64,000 nt of DNA from Candidatus Omnitrophota bacterium (GCA_021108075.1 JAIORP010000150.1:3396-67395); one strand, 5' to 3'; positions 29,369 through 40,291 are shown, counted from the stretch's first letter. Numbers and translations: made by a program. Notes: a model not told the origin generated them from the letters alone.

Positions 29369-30241
29369 ATGAATAGAGACCTGACTTTTGAATCTATCCT
29401 TAAACGTGATAATAACTGGACACTCTTTAAAGAGCTTTACAAAAATCGACTTTCTAAAAATGTCATCCACGAAGTTGAGAAAATGCTTAATTGCTGTAGC
29501 AAAGACTGCGGCTTCGCCACTTTCATTTGCCCCCATTGCGGCCAAACTAAAACCTTTCCTTTCAGCTGTAAAAGCAAGCTCTGTTCTCGTTGCGGAAAAA
29601 AACATACCGACATTTGGGCACATACACTCTCTGAGAAACTACTCAACTGTGATCACCGACACATCATCCTGACTATCTCTGATAAACTCTGGAATTTCTT
29701 CATTAATCGTCCCGATAGACAGAAACTCCTTTTGGACTCTGCCGCTAAAATCATTAATGAAATCTTCTCACTCAAACAAAAACTAACCCTCGGCATAATT
29801 CTTGTTCTCCACCCTTTTGGCGATGATCTAAAATCTAACTTTCATGTCCATGCCTTAGTCTCCTGCGGTGGTCTTAACGCTAAACGTAGCCAATTCATTG
29901 ATGTTAATTTTATCCCTTACGATAAACTCAGGAATAAGTGGCAATATCTTATCCTGACCGCCCTTCGTGATCTCTACGCACATGACGAACATTCTCTCAA
30001 CCCTACCATCAATTGGTGTTTCAAATATCTCAAAAATGGCTTCTGCGTCTTTGCTGACTCCATCGTCAAAGGCTCAAAAAAACATGTCCTTCGTTACATC
30101 GCTCGATATACTCGGCATCCTCCTATCTCTACTCGGCGCATCACCAATTACGACGGCTCCTATGTCACCCAACGGAAAATCTTCAGTCCTGCATCATTGC
30201 AAAACTTCCTTATGCCGCCTTTTACCGGCCTGATACATTGA
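29369..30241 (+). mobile_element. IS91-family (Y2) transposase, 3'-truncated
   Basis: Zn-binding C-x-x-C...SCKSKLCSRCG, HUH motif HVH, Y-x-x-RY-x-x-x-PP; similarity lost after about 30170. Confidence 0.8.
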
Positions 30242-30283
30242 ATAAATTCTTAATCCTTTAAACCCCCGAGCCACGACCTACAA

Positions 30284-30868
30284 TTACCGATTTTCCATCG
30301 CTTTTTTATCAATCTCGCTTTTAAACATGTTGTAATGGCGCTTGATACGTTCAACATAATCCCGATCTTTAATCAAAACATCTTTTACAAGCTCAAGAAT
30401 TTCCGGCGCATGATGGGACTGCGGACTGCCAAGATTAAGGGAAGGCCCTTTAATCTCGGCAACCATATGAGGGTCATCATCTTTATACCACTTTCGATAA
30501 AAATCTGTCGACTCCCATCCATAACACACGACCGCCTCTACATTGTGTCGCGGCGCAGATGTCACATAGAAAAATACCCGCCTGCAATCACAATTGCGTT
30601 CACGGCAATACATTTCGTGAAAAACATATATTCCCTCTGGCAAACTAGAATGTTCGCCATCCATGATTGTGATATTGCGGGTTTCTTTCTCGGCAATTTC
30701 AGGAAAACGGGCACCGAACAATTCATAACCCCAGTCGTCACCTGTCGAATATTCATCCGCCCCGGCATTACTCGATCTCCGCCCTTCTTCAGGCAAACAA
30801 CATTTCTTGTACTTCTTCCCGCTGCCACAATGGCAGGGATCATTTCTGCCAATATTTCCCATCCTCAT
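30284..30868 (-). CDS. SEC-C motif protein
   Basis: GRNDPCHCGSGKKYKKCC plus E-x-YC-x-x-x-x-CDCRRV. Confidence 0.8.
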   Translation of the reverse strand: MRMGNIGRNDPCHCGSGKKYKKCCLPEEGRRSSNAGADEYSTGDDWGYELFGARFPEIAEKETRNITIMDGEHSSLPEGIYVFHEMYCRERNCDCRRVFFYVTSAPRHNVEAVVCYGWESTDFYRKWYKDDDPHMVAEIKGPSLNLGSPQSHHAPEILELVKDVLIKDRDYVERIKRHYNMFKSEIDKKAMENR

Positions 30869-30891
30869 CCTCCGAAAATTCCGCGAATCAA

Positions 30892-31326
30892 TTATTGTTG
30901 TCTTAATTTACTGTTCCAGTATTCATTGTAGGCTTCATAACCCTTCTTGGTAGTCAGGAATTTCATATGTTGTTCAGCATTCAGCTTGTAGGCTGACATA
31001 CTTTTTACTCCCATCCTTCTCGCCTTTTGCATTCTATGATTGCCATCGATCAGATTATATCGCCCCGGTGATATCTCTGCCATTATCACAGGCCGCGAGA
31101 CATCAACGTTATCTACATGAGACTCATCAAGAGAAGAAAAATCCTTGAAGAAATCCTCTACCGCAACCGTCTCAAGTGTAATATCAGCAGGATTTTTCTG
31201 AATATATTCAATCATCTTTGTAATATTAAACTCGAAAATGCCATTTGGAAAAAGCTCATCTCCATTATCAACCGGGCAAGGGGTAAAATTTTTATCAATA
31301 CTGAATTTATTTGCCATCTTATCCAA
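30892..31326 (-). CDS. ParB/Srx-like N-terminal domain protein
   Basis: YNLIDGNHR motif. Confidence 0.7.
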   Translation of the reverse strand: MDKMANKFSIDKNFTPCPVDNGDELFPNGIFEFNITKMIEYIQKNPADITLETVAVEDFFKDFSSLDESHVDNVDVSRPVIMAEISPGRYNLIDGNHRMQKARRMGVKSMSAYKLNAEQHMKFLTTKKGYEAYNEYWNSKLRQQ

Positions 31327-31395
31327 AAAACATTATGCTGTTGATTGTGCCACAGCTTGTGGCACTTTTAGTCAATCTCTTTCCAAAATTGCCGC

Positions 31396-31635
31396 TCATT
31401 CCAAATCAGGAATGTCTTCACGAGAAAGCAAGAGCCGGATTGACCGTGCCTTTCCTGGCGTTTGCTCGATGAATCCGATTTTGATTAAAGACTGTATCAT
31501 CCTCTGCACAGCACCCCATTCCATTTTGAAATATCGCTCCATATCAACGCGTGCAGGAGGAACTCCATGAATCTTCTCATAATAATAAATAAACGCAAGA
31601 TACTGCCCTTGCTTTTGCGTGAAACATTTTCTCAT
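31396..31635 (-). CDS. stand-alone LexA-like winged-HTH protein
   Basis: FT-x-KQGQYLAFI...PP...PGKARSI. Confidence 0.75.
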   Translation of the reverse strand: MRKCFTQKQGQYLAFIYYYEKIHGVPPARVDMERYFKMEWGAVQRMIQSLIKIGFIEQTPGKARSIRLLLSREDIPDLE

Positions 31636-31648
31636 TATTTACAGCCCC

Positions 31649-31894
31649 TTAATTTCCATAAACCTCAGATTCTTCATCTGTTTGTATATCTATGTATTCC
31701 CACATTTCATTCTGATGAAGCCACACAGGATCAGCATTATTACGGACAAATTCATCAACAGGTATGCCATCAATCGTCTCCAGACGTTTAACTCGTTTTT
31801 GTTTCCCATTAATGAAAATAGTCATGTATTTCTTTTGCCGTTCCTTTTTTATTTGCTTCTCCTCAGTCATCAACTTTTGTTTAAGATTTCCCAT
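31649..31894 (-). CDS. small hypothetical protein
   Basis: Co-oriented within the operon; NADP-x-WLHQNEMWE. Confidence 0.6.
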   Translation of the reverse strand: MGNLKQKLMTEEKQIKKERQKKYMTIFINGKQKRVKRLETIDGIPVDEFVRNNADPVWLHQNEMWEYIDIQTDEESEVYGN

Positions 31895-31897
31895 TAT

Positions 31898-32173
31898 TTA
31901 TTCCTTAATCTTTTCCGACTTGCCATACCTTTTATCCATATAATCCGTCATTTCCTGAATCACTGCCTGACCGTCTATCTGGTCAGAATTCGGCTCATAA
32001 GAAAAACACAAAAAAACATCCTCATCCTGATCATTCCTGTTTAGATTACAAAGAATTTCCTGTTTAGGATCAACATCCTTTTTACAGGTCGCACACAAGC
32101 TGGGCTTCGGCACTATGCCCGGATTAAATGGCGTGCCATCATCATTAAAATACCCATGCATTTCTTCACTCAT
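31898..32173 (-). CDS. small Cys-rich hypothetical protein
   Basis: C-x-x-C...C...C pattern; overlaps the helicase stop. Confidence 0.6.
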   Translation of the reverse strand: MSEEMHGYFNDDGTPFNPGIVPKPSLCATCKKDVDPKQEILCNLNRNDQDEDVFLCFSYEPNSDQIDGQAVIQEMTDYMDKRYGKSEKIKE

Positions 32174-34381
32174 TCTTTTCCTCCAATGGTTTCATTGACG
32201 GAACAACCCATCGCCTTATATGTCTTTAACCGCCTTTGATACATGCTGGCCAAAACCGGGACTTTATGATCGACGTAATCATAAATTCGAACCTCACTTT
32301 TTCCATGATACTCCCGATGTAACCGGCCAGAATATTGGACAATCTTTCCTTTGAAAGAAATTGGCATTGTTAGAAACAAAGTATCCAAACGAGAATCATC
32401 AAATCCTTCTCCAATATAAGCCCCCGTTGCTAATAAAGCCTTTCGATGACCATTGGAGTCATCTTTAAACTCCTCCAATATTTCTTTTCTTTTTTTGGCC
32501 TTCAGACCGCCGTGGAAGATAGCCAAATGATCAATATGATTCTTAAGAGCTTCCGCTAGAAATTCAAGATGATTTTTTCGTTCCGTGAGAATAATTGGAA
32601 ATCGCCCATCTTCGATCGCCTTAAGAATATCTGCTATGATCATTTGATTCCTCTGGCTATTCTCAACTAACTTCGGCCAGACTTCATGAATCTTAGAGTC
32701 CTCAGTCCACTTACAGGTAAATTCAGTACTGCGTGACACAACTAAAAATTCGGAAATATGCTGATTAACGTCCTTCTGCCTAATTCTGGCAACAACCGGA
32801 CCGCATTGCATGTGAATAATGGGTTGGTGACCATCACGTCTATAAGGTGTTGCTGTTAATCCAAGCACATATTTTGACTTTGATTGCATCATAACTCGTT
32901 CAAAGGAAACTGCCCCAATGTGATGACATTCATCAACAATAATAAAACCATATTCTGCAATCCGATCATCAACAACGCCCTTGCGTTCCATACTTTGGAT
33001 CATCGCAATATCAATAACGCCAAAAGACTTGTCTTTCCCCGATCCGATTTGCCCTATCTCTTTAACATCAATTCCCAAAAAAGCGGCTATTTGTAATCTC
33101 CATTGCTCCATCAACGGTTTTCTGTGAACAAGGACAAGAACATTAGTTTTCCGTTTCGCTATCATATGAATAGCAAGGACCGTTTTCCCAACGCCAGGTG
33201 GAGCTACTAAAATACCAACATCCTTCTTATTCAATTTTCTTGCGGCTTTTTTCTGCTCATCCGTTAGAGTGCCCACAAAATTAAATTTTTTCTTCTTCCC
33301 AAAAAATTTCTTATCATCGACATCCACGTCAATACCATATTCTTCTAAGATAGAATAAACATCATCCAGACACCCTCGTGGTAAAGCTAAATAATCATCA
33401 ACTATTTCAGAACAGCATATAATCCTTGGTGTCGCATGTGTGGAAAACCGCATACTCTGACGCCGGTAAAATTCCGGGTTATGAAACGCAGCCAAACGTT
33501 TTAGTTGATTTAATAAAACAGCTGGCACATCGTTGGTATTGATATAAATACAATTGGCAATAACCAAATTCAATGAATCCGGAAGATCAGATATTTTCGC
33601 TTTGTATTGTGTTTTACTTGAGGGAAGCCTCATCCAAGGGGAATCTTTCTCATCTTGAGGGCTATTTCTAATACCTTCCATTTGGCTCTGTTCAGATGAA
33701 CCTTTGGTGATTATTTCAATTTCACGATACGACATTTTTCTTATTGATGCCAGAAACTGCCATTGATTCTCGCAAGGATTACCTTTATCATCAATAAACA
33801 CACTATTGTCACATCTTCTGGCCTGCCTTTGCAACGGCAGGGCAATCAGATTGCCAAACCCACCTTTCGGCAATGTGTCCTGATTCGGAAATAGACGATC
33901 ATAGCTTTTCATATCAAGTTGATAATAATTAGACATTGTCTTTGTAAGTAGCATACTTCCGAGCTTTCTTGCCATAGAAGCAGGGATTTCATCATTAAAA
34001 AAGATCCAGGCATGAGCTCCATTGCCAGACTGCGACCTTTCAATAGCAACCGGAACATTCTGAGCATCACATGTGTTTTTAAAGGCCATAACATCATTCA
34101 TCCATTCTTCTTTATCAAAGTCAGCAGCAAGGAAAAAACAATGTTCATTTGTCAACATCGGATAGACGCCAATAACACATTGTCCTTCCAGATGATTAAT
34201 CATAACTTCTTCACTTACGGGGACAAATTCGCGGCTGGGGAACAACATGAAAAGAATCATCAGTGGGCGAGTTATTTAATTCAAATAATAATTTTTCTTT
34301 GAGTTCACTAAGAATTCCTATTTGTGATTCAACATTCTTTAGTTTCTCTAAAACTTTTTTTCGTGACTGCGACTTATGCAT
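32170..34381 (-). pseudogene. AEP primase-like plus SF2 helicase fusion (TOTE-type), frameshifted near the N-terminus
   Basis: DFD, ERS-x-SG-x-GAH-x-W, GNLIALPLQ; APPGVGKT, DECH, TATP. The natural start 34381 (MHKSQSR..., 56 aa) is out of frame with ORF 32170-34260. Confidence 0.7.
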
Positions 34382-35078
34382 CGATTAAAATTTCCCAATG
34401 TCCACCCTTATCGGGTCCCACACGTTTTATCACTTCCTTTTTCCTTAAACTTTCAATATGTTTTTGAACGGCTGAAGGGTTAATTTTAAGTTTCTCTGAT
34501 AACTCTTTCCTTGATATATCAAGCTTTTGCTGAATGAACCTAACAACCTCACTTTGACGCTCCGTTAACTCTGACCACCTTTTCTGACCACCTTCTGACC
34601 ACCTTCTGACCACCTTTTTCACCCCCCTTTTCTACCCCCCTGGCTTTTAACCCCATTCTCTCCTCATAACTCTGCTTCTGAAGATCAGGACGGACAAACG
34701 TCACGGTGAACCAGTTCTCGTCGGCTTCAATCTTCGAGGCTGGCAGACGGTAATCCTTCATAGACTGCTTAATACGCAGGATACCGGAGCCCGCCTTTTC
34801 AACAAGATCCATTCTCTGTAATAGGCCAAAAAGCAGAACATTGCGAGGCATACTTTTTTTACCCAAATCGGACATCCTCATTCCAGACACCAGACCGCCA
34901 GGGCTGACAAACTCAACTCGGTCGGAATAAATATACACCTGAATATTTCCTGTCAGAAAATAATTACGGTGCCCCATCGCATTCAAAAGAGCCTCACGAA
35001 GAGCATCTTCAGGTAACTCTAAAACCTCTTCTCTCGGACCGCCTTTGATGATGTATTCCGTATTCAATTTGGACTTAA
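34374..35078 (-). pseudogene. 3' part of an AlbA_2/RecG-C-like ATP-binding regulator with C-terminal HTH; IS3-truncated and frameshifted
   Basis: REALLNA-x-x-HR-x-Y, SPGGL, PRN-x-LL, E-x-x-GSG; the HTH (R-x-GPDKGGHW) is in another frame. Confidence 0.75.
34571..34616. repeat. tandem repeat CTGACCACCTT x4
   Basis: Units start at 34571, 34584, 34595 and 34606. Confidence 0.85.
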
Positions 35079-36196
35079 TACAATACTTCCCTTGTCAAGA
35101 CCAAAGTTAAGGCAATTTAAGGTGGGGGCTTTTTGGGGGCGAAAATTTAAGCCCCGAGTAAACTTCCCACGGTGTTTGATATTCCAGAGACTGATGTAAA
35201 CGATCGGTGTTGTAAAAATTAAAAAAATCTTTCAATCCGTGTTTCACGTCAGTTATTGTACGATATTCATGAACATAAATGTTATCATATTTCACCGTTC
35301 GCCACAGCCGCTCAATAAAAATATTGTCAAAAACTCGTCCACGGCCATCCATACTGATTCGGATATTGTTCGATAACAATTTTTGAGTGAATTCGTTTGA
35401 CGTAAACTGAACGCCCTGATCCGAATTAAATATGCCCGGACGCCCGTAATCAAAAGCTTCTTCAACACATTCCACGCAAAAATCAGCTTCCAGCGTATTG
35501 CTCAGACGCCATGACAGAACATAACGGCTGTACCAGTCCATAACAGCCACCAGATAACAAAATCCTTTCGCAAGCTGAATGTACGTGATATCAGTGCACC
35601 AGACCTGATTCGCCCGAACAATGTCCAATCCCTTTAACAAATATGGATATATCCGATGCTCTGGATGTCTCTTGCTTAACTTTGGCTTCGGATAGATCGC
35701 CAAAAGATTCATCGTGCGCATCAATCGGCGAACAAGCTTCTCACCGACTTTGTATCCAAGTCGACGTAAATTCTGCATCATCTTAAACACCCCGCAGGCT
35801 TCCTTCATGAATCGCAGATCAATCTCTTTGCGTAATTGATCCTCAGACTCAATGTTTTTCTGGCGATGTTGATAATACAAATTCGAACGGTTAAATCCTA
35901 ATAATTCACATTGCCGTCGGATACTAATATCCGGGTTATCCTTCTCAATGAACAGGTATCGCTGATCCCGGCTTATAATCCGAGATTTTTTTTAACCAGG
36001 CATTCTCAACCTGCATTCGCCCGATCTCTTTGTACAAATTGTCTATTTTCCGTTCCGCATCCGGCTCACGCTCATTTTTTCGGATGAAAATATTGGAAAT
36101 ATTTTCTTTCAACTGCTTTTTCCATTTGGTAATCATATTGCTGTGGACTTTATATTCAGAACTGATCTCTGCAATCCATCTCGCGGCTCGATACAT
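35079..36196 (-). mobile_element. IS3-family element (orfA/orfB), left end missing
   Basis: WCTDITY, FNSDQG-x-QF, DN-x-x-IER-x-W-x-T-x-KY DDE domain; A8 tract at 35986-35993 between orfA and orfB; IR-like end near 35079-35103. Confidence 0.88.
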
Positions 36197-36350
36197 TTTT
36201 TCAACGATAGAATCATGCCTTCTCTTATATTAACTAAATGTGAACAAATCTTTGGTTGCCAAATTGGAAAGAAATTTTCGTTTTATTATTAATATAACTA
36301 AAAATATACATATTACTAAATTAATATACATGATTATCAACAACAACAAA

Positions 36351-36368
36351 TGTATAAAAAAATAGACA
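36351..36368. promoter_or_regulatory. candidate enhancer-binding-protein site (TGT-N12-ACA)
   Basis: TGTATAAAAAAATAGACA about 140 bp upstream of the sigma54 site. Confidence 0.45.
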
Positions 36369-36504
36369 CACCGTTGGGGTGGGTTGTCCTAGTATGTCCT
36401 GGGTTGGGAGGGGTATAAAAGCGTTTTTAAAAAACGTATATTACTAATGTGTTATTCCTCAATGGTTTAAGATGTTGTGAAAAAAGTTCGCCTTTTTGGC
36501 GGTT

Positions 36505-36520
36505 TGGCACGTTATTTGCT
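36505..36520 (+). promoter_or_regulatory. sigma54 -24/-12 promoter
   Basis: TGGCAC-GTTAT-TTGCT, consensus GG-N10-GC, 38 nt upstream of ATG 36559. Confidence 0.85.
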
Positions 36521-36558
36521 TATAGTAAAGTAAGAATTTAAATTAAAAAACGCTTTCT

Positions 36559-37407
36559 ATGAAAAAAATGAAATATATTAAAAAGATACAGCTAACATTA
36601 ATTATTCTTGGATTCGCAATTCTTTCGATTTCAACCATGGCTTTGGCATCAATTCCAATCATTGAGCCAGAGAATGCGGAATTGACATTAAATATCCAGG
36701 ATGAAGAAATCATTCCTACTAATTTGCCGCAGGAAAAGAAGACCAAGGCTCCAGAGCCTGCAACCATCTTTTTGTTTGGCAGTGGTTTTATTGGCATGGT
36801 CATGAGTTTTGTCCGTAAGACCTATGCCGCAATTAAAAAGGTCTTAGATTTTATTTTTTCTGTTTTTCTTTTCATCGCCATCTCACCGCTCATGCTTTTA
36901 CTCGCGTTGCTTGTTAAACTGACATCACGAGGTTCGGTTATTTACTCACAGATTCGAGTGGGTAAAGATGGTAAATTATTCAAAATATTTAAGTTTCGTT
37001 CCATGAAAGTCGATGCCGAAAAGAATTCCGGTCCGGTTTGGGCTGCTGAAAATGATAACCGATTAACCCCTGTTGGTGGCTTTTTGCGCAAATCACATCT
37101 TGATGAATTGCCACAGTTATTTAATGTTTTAAGGGGAGAGATGAGCATCATTGGTCCACGTCCGGAAAGACCAAAGTTTGTTGATGAATTTAAGCAAGCT
37201 ATACCTGATTATGAAAAAAGATTAAGAGTTCAACCAGGCATTACAGGATTAGCTCAAGTTTGGCATCGATATGACGAAACCATGGACGATGTTAAGAAAA
37301 AATTAAAATACGACCTTTTATATATCAAAAAGATGTGCTTGTGGGCTGATTTTAACATTATGCTGCGCACCGTTCGAGTTGTCATTACGGGCGAAGGAGC
37401 CAGATAA
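36559..37407 (+). CDS. priming polyprenyl-phosphate sugar transferase with signal peptide and internal PEP-CTERM motif
   Basis: KFRSM, LDELPQL-x-NVL-x-GEMS-x-x-GPRPE, PGITGLAQV; N-terminal ...AMALA then APEPATIFLFGSGFIGMVMSFVRK. Confidence 0.9.
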   Translation: MKKMKYIKKIQLTLIILGFAILSISTMALASIPIIEPENAELTLNIQDEEIIPTNLPQEKKTKAPEPATIFLFGSGFIGMVMSFVRKTYAAIKKVLDFIFSVFLFIAISPLMLLLALLVKLTSRGSVIYSQIRVGKDGKLFKIFKFRSMKVDAEKNSGPVWAAENDNRLTPVGGFLRKSHLDELPQLFNVLRGEMSIIGPRPERPKFVDEFKQAIPDYEKRLRVQPGITGLAQVWHRYDETMDDVKKKLKYDLLYIKKMCLWADFNIMLRTVRVVITGEGAR

Positions 37408-37519
37408 TCAGAGCAAGCTTTTATATTACAAGTCCTAAACGTAAATAAGCAGTAGGGCATAACATAGATGAAATCAATTTCAAAACATATTTTAATAACA
37501 AGAAAAGGAGGGTAACAGA

Positions 37520-38365
37520 ATGAAAAAATTGCTGATTACAGCTATTATTCTGACCTTTGGCATCGTACCATCAGCACACGCTTTTTCTTTAGGCGGGTAC
37601 ACAGGCTCAGTTACGTTTGACTTTATAAACTACGATGTAGGTACTACTTACAATGCAAATACAAACATCGTTAACGGAGCTGACGGTCAGGGTGACAGTT
37701 ACGGTATTATAAAGAATTTTACAATTATTGATCCTAACACAGCGCAACCATTGTGGCAATCATCCGCTAATGAATCGATTGAAGGTGTGTTTTATGGTAT
37801 CGATGACAACAACGTGAGCATCAACCCTGATTATAGTGGAACAATTGATTCAATTGGTGGTTTCTTAGATCTATATCTATCGACTTCTAATTTGAATCCT
37901 GTTGGCGGTACTGCGCCTGCCGTTCCATTAGCCGACTTGAATAATCCATATGCCGCGGGTACAGATCCATGGAATGCCAGTGACGGAACGCTTTTCTTAA
38001 GATTAGCATTCGTTCCCGGCGCTTCAATCGTTGATCCAACATCAACATATCATCAAACTATTGATTCTATGGCGAATCCTGTTCGTGGTGAAGGTAGTGG
38101 TTATTTAATGGTTGTTGGTGGTCAATATGCTTCAATGTTTGATTCAAACCAATTTGATAGCTTTTCTTCTGGTGCGGATTTCTACTTCTCAAATGATTTT
38201 GACGCGAGAGGATTAACACCGGCACAAATTGCAGCAGGTTGGTTAGTTTTTAGTGATGGTAAAGCATTAGGTTATGCTGTTCCAGAACCAGCTACTATGG
38301 CTCTTTTGGGTAGTGGTTTATTCGGTTTAGTTGGTGCTGCCATTAGAAAGAAAAAATTAGCTTAA
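37520..38365 (+). CDS. PEP-CTERM sorting-domain surface protein
   Basis: Signal peptide (AHA), Gly/Ser/Asp/Asn-rich body, C-terminal VPEPATMALLGSGLFGLVGAAIRKKKLA; strong AGGAGG RBS. Confidence 0.93.
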   Translation: MKKLLITAIILTFGIVPSAHAFSLGGYTGSVTFDFINYDVGTTYNANTNIVNGADGQGDSYGIIKNFTIIDPNTAQPLWQSSANESIEGVFYGIDDNNVSINPDYSGTIDSIGGFLDLYLSTSNLNPVGGTAPAVPLADLNNPYAAGTDPWNASDGTLFLRLAFVPGASIVDPTSTYHQTIDSMANPVRGEGSGYLMVVGGQYASMFDSNQFDSFSSGADFYFSNDFDARGLTPAQIAAGWLVFSDGKALGYAVPEPATMALLGSGLFGLVGAAIRKKKLA

Positions 38366-38392
38366 TTATTCTCGGATAATTGAGTTTATGAT

Positions 38393-38430
38393 AAAAGACA
38401 TAGGATCTTTTTGATCCTATGTCTTTTTTT
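38393..38430 (+). terminator. intrinsic terminator
   Basis: AAAAGACATAGGATC-TTTTT-GATCCTATGTCTTTTTTT. Confidence 0.9.
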
Positions 38431-38445
38431 GTGCGGTTACCTTTA

Positions 38446-38525
38446 TACCAAATCCATTAATGAATTGCTTTATCTTAATTCTGAAAAGCAGAATTGGTTT
38501 TGGTCATTATTTGATGGAATTGGTA
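38446..38525. mobile_element. MITE family A copy (TTA duplication)
   Basis: TTA 38443-38445 and 38526-38528; TIR TACCAAATCCATTAA / TTGATGGAATTGGTA. Confidence 0.85.
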
Positions 38526-38720
38526 TTATTAGCCTGTTCGTTGATCACCGATATAAATGAGCTGTCAGAGCCCCGTAAAGGAACGAACGGACCTCGCTAC
38601 AATAAACTCTTCTCCCACTTTTTTTCGGGGCTGGGATAAAATGCTTTCTCCCCAATATTATAGATGAAGGAACCTACTACTTCGACTACATTGAAATTAC
38701 CTTTTGATAATTTCAATTTC

Positions 38721-38769
38721 GCTCAGCATTTATACTGAGCCATTAAAATTGCAACCCGCAATTTTAATG
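38721..38769. repeat. tandem hairpins between convergent genes
   Basis: GCTCAG/CTGAGC and CATTAAAATTGC/GCAATTTTAATG. Confidence 0.55.
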
Positions 38770-38869
38770 TTGTCGAAGTACTACAACCATCGGGGTATTT
38801 ATGTGAAGAATGAGGTGCGCAAATATTTATGGCTCAAGCCTTTGCGTCTCTGCAGGAAAACAAATGCTA

Positions 38870-40291
38870 TCAGATATATTTGAATTTGCGTTCGTAATCC
38901 AATTCCATTCCATATGGAAAGTCTTGATAGTGGAAGATTTTAATCGGGATGTCCATTTCAATGTAACGTAATAAGGCATGCGCGATTTTTATTTTAAATT
39001 CCCAGGTTAACTTGATATTCTTTTTTAATTGAATTTCAATGAGAGGTTTATCCCGCTTTTGACTGAGGCGGAAATTACCTGTTGTGCTTATGGCCACCTC
39101 AAAGTCTGTAAAAAGACCTTCAGATATTTGCTGGGGGTAAATCCTTTTGCCGTTGAAGAGCAAATAATCATCTTTACCGTACATGATGACCAGCGGGGAT
39201 TTAAATGGAGGCAGGAGATGATTTCTATCAAAATCTTTAAGGATTTTGTTTAGTTCTGAATAAGGGATGATGTGGCCTTTATCTTTGGTGTTGTAGCGGA
39301 TCAAGGGGAGTCGTAAGGCTGAGGTTAAGCTCGTGATAATGATGTCTTGATTTTTTTCTTCCAGGAAGAATGCTTGGGGGAAATAATTAAAGAACATGGG
39401 GATGTACGGATACCGGTCATAAAGCAGGTGTTCTTTTAAGGACGGGTTTTGTAGCGTGAGCTGCCTGAGCCGAACGGTCTCCGGGCTTTCAAAAAACAGA
39501 TTTAATCCGAACTCTGAAATGCCCATAGACGAAAAGATCGAGCCATTATGTCGGTTGTGTTGATTGATTTCAAGGATGTTTGTTAGATGCGTACGGAGTT
39601 TTTCCGGTAAGTACGCGCCACCTACGATAATATGGATTTTGAGTTTGCCCAATGGGATGTTTTTTTTAAGGGCCGCTTCAAGTGCGTTTTTGATGAAATA
39701 GTTGTCACCGATAATAATAATTTGTGAGAATTTTGACGCCAGTGTTTGCAATATGTATAGCAAGGAATCAATGCGGGGCCCGGTCTCGACAACAGCCGCT
39801 GTATCGATCATCGGGAGTTTGACCGATTGTGATAGACAGTTGATGATCAGTGAGGATTCATCAAGAATGTTAAAATAATAATCAAGGATAACTTCAATGA
39901 ATTGATTGTTTTTTTTGATTTCTTTTGGGGTGCTGATCCCAAAAGAAAACGTTCCTGTCGATCCAGATGAGAGCAAGATGGATTGAATATGATTTTGATT
40001 GGCTTTTAAAAAGATGTTTTCATTGACGCTTTCTTCGGAATGGAAGATAGAGTGTTTATCAATGACCGGCACTGAAGATTTGAACGCGGCAATATCATCA
40101 ATGTTCTTACCTGAAACATTTTTGGATTGTAAATAATTTTGATAAAGTTCAACATTCTCCGCGGCACGTTTAAATACTTTTAAGGCTTTTTGTTGGGATC
40201 TCGCGATCACCTCATAGGGGGCCATATCCTGGCAACTATGGATCACGTAATTGTATTTTGATTTTTTTATCTTATTTTTTAATGAAAGCAT
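38870..40291 (-). CDS. phenylacetate-CoA ligase-like adenylate-forming enzyme
   Basis: SSGSTG, G-x-SEFG, PLIRYNT-x-D-x-G; likely start 40291 with GGAGG RBS. Confidence 0.75.
   Translation of the reverse strand: MLSLKNKIKKSKYNYVIHSCQDMAPYEVIARSQQKALKVFKRAAENVELYQNYLQSKNVSGKNIDDIAAFKSSVPVIDKHSIFHSEESVNENIFLKANQNHIQSILLSSGSTGTFSFGISTPKEIKKNNQFIEVILDYYFNILDESSLIINCLSQSVKLPMIDTAAVVETGPRIDSLLYILQTLASKFSQIIIIGDNYFIKNALEAALKKNIPLGKLKIHIIVGGAYLPEKLRTHLTNILEINQHNRHNGSIFSSMGISEFGLNLFFESPETVRLRQLTLQNPSLKEHLLYDRYPYIPMFFNYFPQAFFLEEKNQDIIITSLTSALRLPLIRYNTKDKGHIIPYSELNKILKDFDRNHLLPPFKSPLVIMYGKDDYLLFNGKRIYPQQISEGLFTDFEVAISTTGNFRLSQKRDKPLIEIQLKKNIKLTWEFKIKIAHALLRYIEMDIPIKIFHYQDFPYGMELDYERKFKYI

Noticed and set aside
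30335-32044. Long plus-strand ORFs (198, 110, 141 aa)
   Set aside because: Antisense shadows of a coherent minus-strand operon.
38530-38710. Short coding-like remnant ending GTYYFDYIEITF
   Set aside because: No start codon and an in-frame stop upstream; too short to call.
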